Shown: piece by piece, positions 34,101 to 44,627 of the stretch
Layout: each line of letters starts with the position of its first letter
How positions within the stretch are numbered: the stretch's first letter is position 1
From: Babesia bigemina
Taxonomy: Eukaryota
Reading direction: 5' to 3'
DNA length: 64,000 nt
Assembly: GCF_000981445.1 (NCBI RefSeq)
Contig: NC_027218.1
Span: 2,976,001 to 3,040,000, forward strand
Position numbers and translations under genes: made by a program
Notes under the pieces: generated by a model
Seen by the model: only the letters and a program-made list of their open reading frames with translations
What the model was told of the DNA's origin: nothing
The model's database searches: none

Positions 34101-36241
34101 CTGTGGCGAAACGCTGTGCGAATGCGCTTTTGGAATTTCATCATGTTGCGCGCTTCTTTGCTGTTCGGCGTGGGCACCCAGGTCATGAGCTTGCGGAGGA
34201 ACGCCTTGCGCTTCTTGCGCAGCGTGTCCCTGTAATTCAGGTATTCCAGCGCCTGGCGGAAGTGGAGCACGGCGTACTCGCGGTCCACGGAAACGCAAAA
34301 TGCGAACAAGGCAAGCACCAGCTTGTGGTCGAAGCCTAGCACCAACGGCTGCGGCACGTGGTCGGGGGGCTTTGAAACGACGGAAAAGGCGAGTTTGGTG
34401 CCCCTCGACGGCGGGGCACGTTTGTACCTTCTGCCGGAGTGACACATGTTGTTGCACAGCGGCGTGAAGTCCATTTGCACGTCCACCGAATTGTTCCGCA
34501 CCTTCAAGTTCTCCAGGCAAATTGAGCCTGTGCACCCAGCGCCTGAAGGCGACTTGGTCTTGTCGTGGTCGCTACGTACAATCTTCATCTCACCCAAAGG
34601 GGAAAATTGGCCATCCACGCGGCGGGACGGGACGAAGCGTATCCCATCCAACCCGGCAGCGTCGCACTGTATCATGCCGTCAACGTCCAACATCACCACG
34701 TAATCCAATCCGACCCAACTATGCCCGTTGTACCTCGACGTGCCAAGAAATGAGGCCACCGGTGTCAGGCTCACTGACAGCGAGCGCATACCGCTGCGCC
34801 TCACCCAGACGTTGTCGATGGATGACATGACGCACAAGCTTTTCTGGTTCTCCCAGTGGTTCATGCCGACGTACTGCAGCAGCGACGAGAGGTGGTCCAC
34901 GGAAAGAGGCGGATCCGTGGCGGCGTCTTCATGTCCGCCGGCGCCCTGGCTGACACCGTTCTCGAAAGAAATTTCATCCAATAAGCGTATCTTCGACGAG
35001 AGCACGCGCAACACCATGCACACGGTGAAGCACAGCGCCGCGTACAGCTCCCGATCGAGGGCCATGGAAATCTTGGCCACCATGACTAGCCCCTCCAGCG
35101 CGTAACGACGGCAGCAATTTGAAGCGGACAGGACGCAACCCAGGACGAAGTCGTACGGTATACCGCGTTTCCTGCCCCAACGTTGCGCTCCGAAACATCC
35201 GCCGCTTCCACGTGGCCTCGCCGCCTTCCAAACAGGGGGTTTGGAGGACCAGGACTCGGCATCGAAATAAGGAAGGTCGGGGCTGTCCGTGTCCTCAGTG
35301 TCTGTAGCGAATAAGAGACCACGCCGCACTCTGCGATAAAATTCCGATCGTTGAGGCAGCGGCAACGCCTGCAACGTTTCGAGCACGCTGTAAAGGGAGG
35401 CATCACGCAGCCACAAGTACACCGTCCTCGACCAGGTCTCCAGAGGCAGCTCCAGCATGAAGCAGTCGAAGACGTGTTGCACTATGGCGCTATTGTCCGT
35501 GCAACACGGCATGTCGTCCAAACTGATGCCTCGCTTGGCCAGGACGCAGTTAAAGAGCCGGCGTCTAAACTCCGTCCTGGCGTCGGCGGTCGCGCCAACG
35601 AGCGACCGCTGCTTCTTGTTCAAATCTGAGCGTATGAAGTACAAAACCACGCCGAGCTGCATCAACACCTCGGTGGCCTCGTCCCAACTCCCCAGGTGTA
35701 TCAGCGCGTCGATCAGGGACAAGTACAACGCCGTGTAGACGTCGTACGCCAGCAGCAGGAGGTCCACGGTGGCGATGTTCGCGAACTCCTCCCGACAGAT
35801 GCGGACCGCCTTGGTGAACACCACCGTGCGGAACGCGCTGCTGTAGCTGATCGGATGCTGCGCTGCGCCGGTGCTGCGAACGACGCCGACGAAATGCGAT
35901 GAGTAGTCGTAGGCCCGTTCGGGGACGCGGTGCCCGGCGTCGACAACCACGGTGCGCGCGCGGCGCGCATAGCTGGCTCCGGTCAAGACATCGACGGCGT
36001 GTATGTTGCGTTCGGCCTGCCGTTGCAGCCTGGCGAAGCTTCTTCTGGCGTACAGGTCGTGGAAGACGCGGTCGCAGTGCTGCTGGAACAGGCGCAGCTC
36101 CGTTATACACGCCGCCGCCGGCCGCGGAACCGCCCAGACTGACTCTCCGCGGGCAGCGACGACCATGCTCGGCGCATACTGCTCTGCAGAGTGACCCTGG
36201 TACCACCTGACGGACGCATCAACAGATCCCCGGGAAGCCAA
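31154..36241 (-). CDS. Large hypothetical protein with TPR-like repeats
   Basis: 1695-codon uninterrupted ORF. TPR-like segment EHILKALSIDPLCHKAWLYLAHCGVLAHEYEFAYRCCQRSIDC. The true start is uncertain (first ATG ~36166). Confidence 0.75.
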   Translation of the reverse strand: MASRGSVDASVRWYQGHSAEQYAPSMVVAARGESVWAVPRPAAACITELRLFQQHCDRVFHDLYARRSFARLQRQAERNIHAVDVLTGASYARRARTVVVDAGHRVPERAYDYSSHFVGVVRSTGAAQHPISYSSAFRTVVFTKAVRICREEFANIATVDLLLLAYDVYTALYLSLIDALIHLGSWDEATEVLMQLGVVLYFIRSDLNKKQRSLVGATADARTEFRRRLFNCVLAKRGISLDDMPCCTDNSAIVQHVFDCFMLELPLETWSRTVYLWLRDASLYSVLETLQALPLPQRSEFYRRVRRGLLFATDTEDTDSPDLPYFDAESWSSKPPVWKAARPRGSGGCFGAQRWGRKRGIPYDFVLGCVLSASNCCRRYALEGLVMVAKISMALDRELYAALCFTVCMVLRVLSSKIRLLDEISFENGVSQGAGGHEDAATDPPLSVDHLSSLLQYVGMNHWENQKSLCVMSSIDNVWVRRSGMRSLSVSLTPVASFLGTSRYNGHSWVGLDYVVMLDVDGMIQCDAAGLDGIRFVPSRRVDGQFSPLGEMKIVRSDHDKTKSPSGAGCTGSICLENLKVRNNSVDVQMDFTPLCNNMCHSGRRYKRAPPSRGTKLAFSVVSKPPDHVPQPLVLGFDHKLVLALFAFCVSVDREYAVLHFRQALEYLNYRDTLRKKRKAFLRKLMTWVPTPNSKEARNMMKFQKRIRTAFRHRSWLSYMTATGGNEDHAHDADGAEWLPPLPPTKGGDAVNVKEYLSMESAELRMHYNGNNCLKETMMAKNRVMDVVEKYRSAVSQATNYLYKKCINYRPFCKTGALRGSHYRLGIKYPFVETEEAEMGAAKPTRSSMPPCEHTAMTLSMDECTQCSTSQSFRQLDRMITLTEWISHLVFTGCIRPGKVHPRSLPIGTPVDPHRAMPSAASGGANRLAKKLAGKKRARRVDRRSYRIMEYVVDAYVPDRLAGTAMANLSDGLALLNEVVESCMLTSLATFFHEPYYKGLVLDLALVQLLQGRWSLCLALLKQLRGPPGNYSTPFGAETITLPIEVFRLTKVEKEFLSRLTGKIFTELIMEPQLSIEMLSQECEPVDIGLTDGNDHCATHSGKGPGVAVSSHPDNFGMGLSAKSLLLLGVSYLRLGIVQVDPLSASIGDTTGSWVHIDHPELDNLRSFECDAPNSVAVCREYYPQAPGDAAVADPDTPTGRLATASEHILKALSIDPLCHKAWLYLAHCGVLAHEYEFAYRCCQRSIDCYDACVAAWLTMAVALSSRSRSCPPVKLSDGVWTEYLVEQKRLTQRMHHDKPTKISIPSFVVPYDPVFPSRAETTDDLARHMNQAVGGDTAECLDVLITATRFGSVFAYAGVLQLLSRTVETPIHSFPWESSNVAASSSRVVLTQLYLVLHASIECASQSTLAKIPDEWLHPDPRKMHSHMRALVSRAVSAKLHVSSLPFIRAMCLMYSLDVVDVSRAAVLSRGEMSFEVGLTDAACFEDEVYGWITCLEVLMQSGHAATAELLFPLLELYLDVSSPRCLEAEYAAPSCDKLPVGPHAEESRWGAVRRHFNGRAFTYADLRAETVFLRLYMRCYTAAEGELDELLSDVQDAITQCASRKLRLLEARVLAGLRRYEQAARVFAAELRRGFTGSVSTDYMLECQAMKVYAKVLTALGEVSQSAAATAFAEQCYLTTPVLRCDLCLVAPL

Positions 36242-36699
36242 CGCATAGAGCAGCTGTGATCTCCCGCGGCGTTTAATTACGCGTGTATGGCTCCAAGCAT
36301 GAAAAAAATCAGAAATGTGTGGGATGCTGCCTCCGCGCTGCGCGGCCGGAAGGCGCCGCCATCACAAACCGTCAATTGGCTGCTGGGATACCAAACGGCC
36401 GCCTGGCGCACCGCAAGTAGAGCATACTACGGCATTTAATAGCGCTAACGTCGCTGGGCCGAAGCATGCCTGGAACACACTGTGCTCTCTGCTGGGTCTG
36501 TCTAACGGCTGGCTCGAGGGGTGGCTAACGAGGCACACATACGCGGCGAACGAGCCGTAACAATTGCGTTCGTCACTACTACGCGCGCCGAATGACGCTG
36601 CGGCGGGAAAGCAACTGCAACGGATGATGTGGTCCTAAGTTCACGTTTCGGGTGAATGCGCAGTTTCGATGCCCGGCCGCTGCTAAAAGGTGACGCTTC

Positions 36700-39555
36700 A
36701 TGGCGCCGAGCGGGGAATACGTGCACATCATCGATGGAATCGACGTGCGATTCCCGTATCAGCCCTACCCATGCCAGACGGTGTACATGGAAACGGTCAT
36801 CAAGGCCGTCAAGAATGGGCAGAACGCGCTGCTGGAGTCCCCCACCGGAACGGGCAAGACGCTGGCGCTGATGTGCTCTTCGCTGGCGTGCCTGTGGCAC
36901 TCGAGATTCAAGGATGCCTCTGCCTTTAAGCTCAACAGCCTGGACGGGTCGTGCGAGGCCTCGCTGCTCAGCACCATCTCCGACCTCCGGAGCTCGCTGC
37001 AGGGCGGCCCCAAGGGTCCGAAGGGCAAGGCTTCGAACAGCCTGCGCATCATCTACGCCTCGCGCACGCACAGCCAGTTGAAGCAGGTGATCCGGGAGGC
37101 CAAGAAGAGCTCCTACACCAAGGAGTTCGCAGCGAAGGGGCTCACCACCATCGTGCTGGGGTCCCGCGACCAGCTGTGCATCCACGCCGGGCGGCGCAAC
37201 GCCACCGGCGAGGCGCTGAACAACTTCTGCAGGAAGCTGGTGCAGGGCCAGGGGTGCGTGTACTACAACGGCCTCAAGAAGTACAAGGGCAACAGCAAGC
37301 TGCAGTTCTACGACTTCATTGACATCGAGGACCTGGTGATGCTGGGAAAATCCCAGAAGTGCTGCCCGTTTTACGCCAGCAGGGAGGCGCACGAGACCGC
37401 GGATGTCACGCTGCTGCCGTACAACTACCTGCTGTCGCCCCGGTCCCGGGAGGCCATGGAGATAAAGCTGTCGAACTCCGTGCTCATCATCGACGAGGCG
37501 CACAACGTGGAGAGCGTCGCAGAGGCGGCGGCGACCTTCGCCGTGCGGCAGGTGGACATCGCGCGTTACCTCATGGCGCTGCGGCGGTTCGCCGCGGCGC
37601 ACAAGAAGGCCATCGACGCCCAGGACCCGGCGGCGCAGCTGGAGGGGCCGGCGATCGACTTCTCGGCCATGGCCAAACTGGCCGTGGCGCTCAAAAACTT
37701 CGACGCGTTCCTGACGAACCTGAAGCTCGGCACTTACTCCAAGGACAGCCCGACATCGCAGTCGATGGGGCTGGATCTGTGGCAACTGGCGACCATCAAG
37801 CGGGAGCACGCTGTGGTCAAGGGTGTCGACGTGCTGCAGTATCTGATGAAAAAGATCGGGCTGTACGAGCTGCGTAACATGAAGATCGACGAGGTGATCA
37901 AAAGCTGCATCTCGGTGCTGTCCACTAACGTCGACGACATCTCGTACGCGTACCAGGCGTACTACGACAACGCCAAGACGCTGCAGGAGGACCTGCAGGC
38001 GCTGACTGGGCTCATGCTCTTCTTCCAGCACGTGTACTCGAAGGAGCTGCTCGCGTGCCCGGAGTACTTCCACGTCTTCGTGACGCACGACACGTCGTTC
38101 GGCGCCCATAAGCAGCAGGAAGCGGCCAGCGCGTCTCCCGACAAATCCGGCACGGCTGGAGGCGGTTGGAAGAGCAAGGGGCTCCAGAGGGGCGGGGACG
38201 AGACGCCCGGCAGCGCACCTGCTGAGGAAGGCCCGCTCCCGAAGATCATGACGTTCGAGTGCCTGCAGGCAACCCCCTCCTTTCTCCGCCTCAAGAACGA
38301 CGGCGTGAGGTCGATCCTGCTCACCTCGGGCACGCTGTCGCCGCTCAGTGACCTGGAGAAGAACATCGGCGATGACAAGATATCGTTCGAGTACAAGCTG
38401 TCGAACAAGCACGTCGCGCCGGCGTCGCACGTCTGCGCCAGGGTCATCACCGGCACGGCCGGTGACCCGCAGATACTCTCGTCGGCGTTCAACACGCGGT
38501 CGACGCCCGCCTACATCAAGGCGCTGGGCGAGTCGCTGCTCACGTTCGCCAAGTGCGTGCCGGCGGGCGTCCTCGTCTTCTTCGGGTCGTACCCCGTCAT
38601 GGAGTCGACCGTCAAGGCGTGGAAGCGGACTGGAATCTACTCGCACCTCGAGAAGGAAAAAACGATCTTCGTGGAGGCCAGGGGGGCGTCGAGCGCCGCC
38701 TCGGCGATAGTCGACAACAAGTTCACCCACGGCGGTGCCGACCCGACGCAGGCGCAGCTCAAGGAGTACAACGACCTCGTGTCCAAGGGCCGGGGGTGCG
38801 TGTTCATCGGAGTGTGCCGCGGCAAGATCGCGGAGGGCATCGACTTCTCGGACGACGCCTGCAGGGGCGTGTTCATCTGCGGCGTGCCGTACCCGAACCC
38901 CTACGAGGACAACGTGGCGCTGAAAATGGACTACCTGTCCAAGGGCGCCGAGCGCGGCAAGGGTGAGGAGGTGATGTCGCTGTGGTACAACTCGCAGGCG
39001 ATTCGCGCGGTCAACCAGGCGGTCGGCAGGTCCCTGAGGCACATAAAGGACTACGGCGCCGTGGTGCTGGCCGACCGCAGGTACGCGCTGTCGAACCTCA
39101 GGAAGGGCATCAGCGGCTGGGTGACGAGGAACATGGAGATCAGCGACACCATGGCGTCGTGCGAGCTTGACCTGCGTAACTTCTTCGGGCAGTTCGCGAG
39201 GGAGCCCAGCACCCCGACGCCGCGCGGGTCCTCCGTGCACATTTTACCGCGCTTCTTCACCTCCATCACCGACTCGCTGTCGCCGTCGAAGCGCAGCGAG
39301 GACGCGGACAGCGACCTGCTCAGGTTCAAGAGCCGCCGGATATGCTCCGACGATGGGACCGGGATCGCATCGTCGCTCAGATCGGGGTCGCAGGTCACTG
39401 CCTTCGCCAACGGGTTCATGACCAACCCCACCGTCATCGCAAAAACGCAGCCACCCGCCCCCAAGGACGCGGCAGCCCCGCCATCGGGCTGGGACCTGCT
39501 CAACTCATGGTCCAACGGGGACTCAATCACGCTAACAAAGTTCAGAAAGCCCTGA
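36700..39555 (+). CDS. RTEL1: Rad3/XPD-family Fe-S DNA helicase, RTEL1/FANCJ type
   Basis: FPYQPYPCQ, ESPTGTGKT, YASRTHSQL, Fe-S cysteines (SRDQLC..FC..GC..CPFY), DEAH, LTSGTLSP, RGKIAEGIDF, GVPYP and NQAVGRSLRHIKDYG. Intronless. Confidence 0.9.
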   Translation: MAPSGEYVHIIDGIDVRFPYQPYPCQTVYMETVIKAVKNGQNALLESPTGTGKTLALMCSSLACLWHSRFKDASAFKLNSLDGSCEASLLSTISDLRSSLQGGPKGPKGKASNSLRIIYASRTHSQLKQVIREAKKSSYTKEFAAKGLTTIVLGSRDQLCIHAGRRNATGEALNNFCRKLVQGQGCVYYNGLKKYKGNSKLQFYDFIDIEDLVMLGKSQKCCPFYASREAHETADVTLLPYNYLLSPRSREAMEIKLSNSVLIIDEAHNVESVAEAAATFAVRQVDIARYLMALRRFAAAHKKAIDAQDPAAQLEGPAIDFSAMAKLAVALKNFDAFLTNLKLGTYSKDSPTSQSMGLDLWQLATIKREHAVVKGVDVLQYLMKKIGLYELRNMKIDEVIKSCISVLSTNVDDISYAYQAYYDNAKTLQEDLQALTGLMLFFQHVYSKELLACPEYFHVFVTHDTSFGAHKQQEAASASPDKSGTAGGGWKSKGLQRGGDETPGSAPAEEGPLPKIMTFECLQATPSFLRLKNDGVRSILLTSGTLSPLSDLEKNIGDDKISFEYKLSNKHVAPASHVCARVITGTAGDPQILSSAFNTRSTPAYIKALGESLLTFAKCVPAGVLVFFGSYPVMESTVKAWKRTGIYSHLEKEKTIFVEARGASSAASAIVDNKFTHGGADPTQAQLKEYNDLVSKGRGCVFIGVCRGKIAEGIDFSDDACRGVFICGVPYPNPYEDNVALKMDYLSKGAERGKGEEVMSLWYNSQAIRAVNQAVGRSLRHIKDYGAVVLADRRYALSNLRKGISGWVTRNMEISDTMASCELDLRNFFGQFAREPSTPTPRGSSVHILPRFFTSITDSLSPSKRSEDADSDLLRFKSRRICSDDGTGIASSLRSGSQVTAFANGFMTNPTVIAKTQPPAPKDAAAPPSGWDLLNSWSNGDSITLTKFRKP

Positions 39556-39607
39556 AACACTGAATAAAGTTATACTGCACTTCACACGGTTCGTTATTAG
39601 TGTACAT

Positions 39608-40870
39608 CTACGAGTCGCTGTCGGACTCGCTGGAGTCGTCGGACGACGAGTCGTAGTCATCGTCGGAAGAGCTGGCGTCGGAGTCGCTGCTGTCGGTGGT
39701 GTACTCATCGGAGTCGCTGTCGTGCCTCAGCGCCTTTTCCAGCTGGGCGTTGCCCTGGAACAGTTTGTCCACGCTGGCGTTGATGGCGTTCGCCGGCGAG
39801 ATCTTGTTGACCCTGCCGCCCTCCTGCTCCTCGCTGTCGCTGCTCTCCGCGTCGGAGTTCAGCTCCTTCATGATCTCCTGAAAGTTTTCCGGCGAGGCTG
39901 CCTTGGCCTCGGCCATGAGCACGCGGCGCTCCCAGCGCTTGACCTCGCCGCGGATGTAGTCGTCGATGCGCGCCAGGTTCGGGTTCATCGCGCGTGTCTC
40001 GGCGAGGTTCTCCTTCTTCTGGGCGGCCATGATCGTCCGCTTGTCGAGCAGCGGCAGCGCGGACCCTCCGTCGCTCTGCTGGGTGGTGGACTTGCTTTTG
40101 CGCACCCTCGCGAAGAGGTACTTGACGTACAAGGCGGCGCAGAGGCAAATCAGCACGGAAAAAAAGCCCGAACCGAAGGCTGCGATATAGACTGGCAGGC
40201 GCGTCTCGTCGGCCATGAAGAAGTTGTTGATGTGCCTCAGGTTGTCGAACAGCTCCCCCTTCTGGATGGCGGCACCCATGTGCCGCCGCGAGTCCATGCG
40301 GACGTTTGCGACGGGCTCGCCCACCCCACTGGCGTGTTTTCCATGCGCGCCGCCGCCATAGTCGTCGAAGGTGAACACGGAGGGGTAAATCTTGCTCACG
40401 ACAGAGGCGTGCGCCTCCGCATCGCCCTTGGTGACGGAGTGGTAGTGCTGCAGGTAGCTGGCAGCCTGGTCACCGAGCGGTGACCACTCCCAAGGCTTCA
40501 TTACCTTCCACTTCAGAACCTCGCCTACCCTGTTCGAAATGTGGTCGTTGATCGCCGCGCTGAACGACGACACCGACAAATCGTTGGTGTCGCCTTGGAC
40601 GGTATCAGCGTCAGCTTCACGGAAACTCACGAACGGAGGCAATGCGGATGGGATCTCTTTCACGTTGGAATAGTACGAATGCGCGGAGGGCACCAAGGGG
40701 TCCGTTGCAGGGGCCCCGGTGACGTTAACCGAACGCACCGTCGTGTTAGGCCGTTCGGATTCCTTCACTGGGGGCTTGAAAGGCGCGGTTACGTGACGCA
40801 GGTTGCTTCTGCTGCCCCCTACTGAGGACAGACTTCGCGAATCAACGCCTAGCACTGTCTGATGCTCCAT
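39608..40870 (-). CDS. Hypothetical single-pass membrane protein with acidic Ser/Asp tail
   Basis: 420-aa ORF with a central TM (VYIAAFGSGFFSVLICLCAALYVKYLF) followed by a basic stop-transfer and a DS-rich C-terminus. Confidence 0.7.
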   Translation of the reverse strand: MEHQTVLGVDSRSLSSVGGSRSNLRHVTAPFKPPVKESERPNTTVRSVNVTGAPATDPLVPSAHSYYSNVKEIPSALPPFVSFREADADTVQGDTNDLSVSSFSAAINDHISNRVGEVLKWKVMKPWEWSPLGDQAASYLQHYHSVTKGDAEAHASVVSKIYPSVFTFDDYGGGAHGKHASGVGEPVANVRMDSRRHMGAAIQKGELFDNLRHINNFFMADETRLPVYIAAFGSGFFSVLICLCAALYVKYLFARVRKSKSTTQQSDGGSALPLLDKRTIMAAQKKENLAETRAMNPNLARIDDYIRGEVKRWERRVLMAEAKAASPENFQEIMKELNSDAESSDSEEQEGGRVNKISPANAINASVDKLFQGNAQLEKALRHDSDSDEYTTDSSDSDASSSDDDYDSSSDDSSESDSDS

Positions 40871-41889
40871 AATGCGAACACAGCAGCGACCACCGCCAGC
40901 GGTTCAGATACGGGCCATTGCTCAGATACACATCGGTCACATCCTGCAGCTCCGACCTCAGCAAAGCGATTAGCCGCCACTGGTTATCATCCAAAGCGAC
41001 TGCCAAACGGAATTCTAAGCGACGACGCACAGTCAGCACCGACACATGTAGCCAATCGACGTCTGCATTCAACCCTTATTTACGAGCGCTGCACCTAAAA
41101 AATACAATCCACGTGTACACATTGCTCTAAAGATGCCAATGAAGCAAACTGGATTCACGCTATGTCCTAGAAAAGGACCTGCTGTCCCGGCTCAAAGAGC
41201 TCCATAGAACGGCGACACCTGCTCCAATAACTTATATCTTGCCGCTTATTTTACGCTCCACTGTCACACATTGTGTGTTCAGCAATTCCCGCTTTATCTG
41301 TGTGGAAGTCCGGGCCGGAATCGCCGTTGAGGTAGCGCGGAATCACGACGTCGCACCGTGCAACAACGTGCGTTGGACGCGACGCCGGCACGACACATAC
41401 CTGTGTATAATGGCGTCTGAAATGGCGATCTCATGTCCATTTGCTGCGACTATTATTTTTGATCTGCATGGAAATCGTTCGGCAGCTACCGCCAGTGGCG
41501 ACGGCGGCCGCGAGGGCCATCGCGCCCGGGCGGCGCTGCCCGCGGCCTGATGTGACCGCCAATGCCAAATGTGAGCACGTGCGTAATTTACCGTGCAAAG
41601 GTGCCGACTGTCAGCGGCCGCCTCGTACGGAGCCGCCGAGGTCGGGCGACACACAGCAGCCCCGAACCACCACCATCACCACCCACTGAGCTCACTATGG
41701 TTAAGTAGCGCATTAAAACAATGTCCACGAGCCACGCGCCGCACTCCCCTAGTAAATGTGCGGTACCTCCGGGCCTATGGGCTGACTGCGGGCCCCGTGG
41801 CTCAGCGTGCATACATGCGGCGCGCCTGCTGGCAATACGACGCCGAACAGTGGGTGTATGCATTAAATAACGTTTCCGCTCCTGTTTGT

Positions 41890-44098
41890 TCATAGCTTGG
41901 GCTTCACCTGCGGCTGCGCATGTCCAATGGAAGGCGTCGTGGCGCCGTTCATTGGCCTCCGTGCAGGCACAATCGGCTGCATGGGCTGCTGCGCCTGCCG
42001 CGCAAAGAACTTGGGGGTAACCTGCCGGTTGTAGGGAACCATGTTGACGGGTATCCCTCCGAGCTGGTAGGCGGGGTACGTGACCGGCCCGGCCTGCGGC
42101 AACAGGACCGTGGTCATGCCTGCTGAGGCGACCATAGGGTGCTGAGGACGCATAGCTACGATGCCGGGAGCGGCATAATACTGGCTCAGGTCGCCGATGA
42201 CGCTACGGTACGTAACGTCGCTGCAGTTCTGCCAACCGTCCTCGAGCCCATAGTCGGTCAGCGGCCAGGTCAGCACGGTGTAGGCAGATACGTCCAGCAC
42301 GGGGTATCCAGCCTGCACGCATTTGGCGCTCGAAACACGTTAACCCACCATAGCCGCGAAAGGCCTGAACTTTGCGCTGGCCTGCGCGCCGACGTTCGCG
42401 TTGGCCGTGTTATCCTTGCTCTTGCCACCGGAGGCTGGGGTTCCGACGCCAGCGGGGCGTGACTCGCCAGACGGCGCCTGCGGGCAATGTCGGCTCCAAC
42501 ATACGTGGCGTACCTTCTGAGGGCCCTGGGCCTGCCTCATGGGAGAGCGGGAGCCCGAGCGACGCGACGGGGATGCTAGGCGCACGGCAATGTGAGCAGC
42601 CGAAAACGGGGTGAAACTGGAGGCGTTCGGGTTGAATGTGAACGTCTTCTTGATGGTCCCGCTCGTCTGGGAAGCGGGGGAGGCCGGTTTGGTTTCAACC
42701 GCAGGCTTGGCAGCGGCGCGTTCCTCGGCTTTCTGAGGGTGCGACGCGCCGCCACGCTCGCCCTTGCGTGACTCCTCAGCACCATGCTCGCCGCCGCGCG
42801 CTTCGACGTTCGCCGCGCGGCCGCGATTTACATCAGAGCGAGCGGTGGAGGTTTGCTGAAAGACAGTTGCGGGAAATGCGTCACGGAAACGTACCGTGTG
42901 CTGCGCTGAGTCACGCTCGTGACCGGCGCCCTTCCCGTGGCCGCCCTGCTGCGGGGTGTTGTCCTGCGTGGCCGCACCCTTCTGCGACTGAGACGGGGAG
43001 GTCGAGCTGTTGGCTATGATATCCTTGTACGACATGACGCGACTGGACGACGCGGGGCGTGAGTTGTGGCCGCCCGCAGCGCCGTCTCCACCAGAAGAGC
43101 GGGTCTTGCCCTTGTTACCCTGTGAATATTTCTCCTCCCGCTTGTCTTCACGCCGGTCCTCCCGTTTCTCCTCGCGCTTCTCCTCTCGCCTCTCCTCACG
43201 GGAGTTGCGCGCCAGCGCCTTCTTGACGATCTGCTCCGTCACGGCGTTGTTCACGGCGTCCTCATCCTGCTCGAGGTAGCTCTCCAGCTGCGAGTAGCCG
43301 CCTTCGCCGCTGCTGCCCAGGATCTCCGACGCAAGCCTCGTCGCCTGGTCCTGGATGCGCTGCGGCACGTCGTCCATGTTAAGCTCGGTGGTGTACAGGC
43401 TCTCGTCGTAGGTGCTCTCCACGCCGAAGTCCTTGCGGTTGGACTCGAACTGGTCCCACTCGGTCTTGCGCTGGGCCTCCAGCACGTACAGCTGATTGTC
43501 GGCGACGGGCGCCTCGGACGCCCATTCCACGAGCTTGTCGCTGTGGCGCTGGCCCTTGGAGCCGGAAATCTCAGTGTCGGTCTTGAACTTGCCGGAGCCC
43601 GAGCGCTTGTTCGAAGCGCCGCCCTCGCCCGCCGGCGGAGCGGACGCGGCGTTCGCGGACTTCGACTCCTTGGCGGAGGGGCCCATCGACACGCCGCTGG
43701 CCACCACGTACTGGTAGTCCGTGCCGAAGACCACGTACTGCCTGCCAGAACCGCTGTCTTCGCTCTGCAGAAGCGTCAGATCGCCATGCACATGGACGGT
43801 ACCTTGTTCTGGACGGCACGCGCATGGCGCAAAGCAATGTCATAGGCCTTGGTCGGGCGCGGCACGGGGTCACACGAGTGGAAGGTGCCCTTCATGATGC
43901 GGCCGCCGTTCATGTGCACGACAACGTCCTTGCCCTACGGGGATTTGGGGAGCGCGAACAGCCACTTACCACCAGGCACGAGATAGCGTAGGCCAAACGC
44001 TCCTCGTTGACGCGCGCAAGCGTTGACGCGCGCTTGTCGCCTTTGTGTGTGTTACCAGCATGCCCGTGCGGGTGACCGCTACCCGAATTACGCATCAT
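41890..44098 (-). CDS. PBP1: Ataxin-2/Pbp1 homolog (LSm, LsmAD, PAM2), multi-exon
   Basis: LSm (RLAYAISCL|VGQDVVVHMNGGRIMKGTFH), LsmAD (WDQFESNRKDFGVESTYDESLYTTELN) and PAM2 (TFNPNASSFTP). Confidence 0.85.
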
Positions 44099-44627
44099 CC
44101 TACCCAACGTACGCGGACGATCGACTGCGGGCGATACAACGGAAAGAGCGACCCCAATCAGGCCCGCTGCAACAATGTAGTAAAATATCCAGTCTGTGAA
44201 ACGCTGTGGAGTAAAGCGCGCTTGGTTACTAGGCTGACACCGCCGCTAATGCGACAACACACTCGCGCGCATAGAGCGTGGGGTGCGGAAGGTACAGTCG
44301 CCAAAACGCTGGGCAGGCGCGGCCAGTACGTCTTTAACGCGGCTTAATAGCTCAAATATCCGTGCAGGCGCGGATAAGGGATCACTTCCGCCCGGCGGTG
44401 TTGGCTACCACAAGGACGGGGCGACGTCCAGGGTCCGCTCGACGCCCAAATCAACGCGGCCGTTCGTTGATACGTCAACATACTAGCGGCGGACGGCGGC
44501 GGCAGTCAGTCGTTGTGTGAACGCGGCTATGCCGTACGACGCATGCGGATGATGCGCCGCTGCAGGCGGACGGCGACACCCCGGATGACCTCCCTGGCCT
44601 GCCCAGCCGACACGCCGCCGTTATCCG

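Noticed and set aside
36502..39240. 912-aa minus-strand ORF overlapping the helicase
   Set aside because: Antisense shadow of a gene with very high GC3, which suppresses stops on the opposite strand. No recognisable motifs.
41113..41120. GTGTACAC (AP2-G-type motif) upstream of the 39608-40870 gene
   Set aside because: A single 8-mer. Another copy lies inside a CDS near 61648, consistent with chance.
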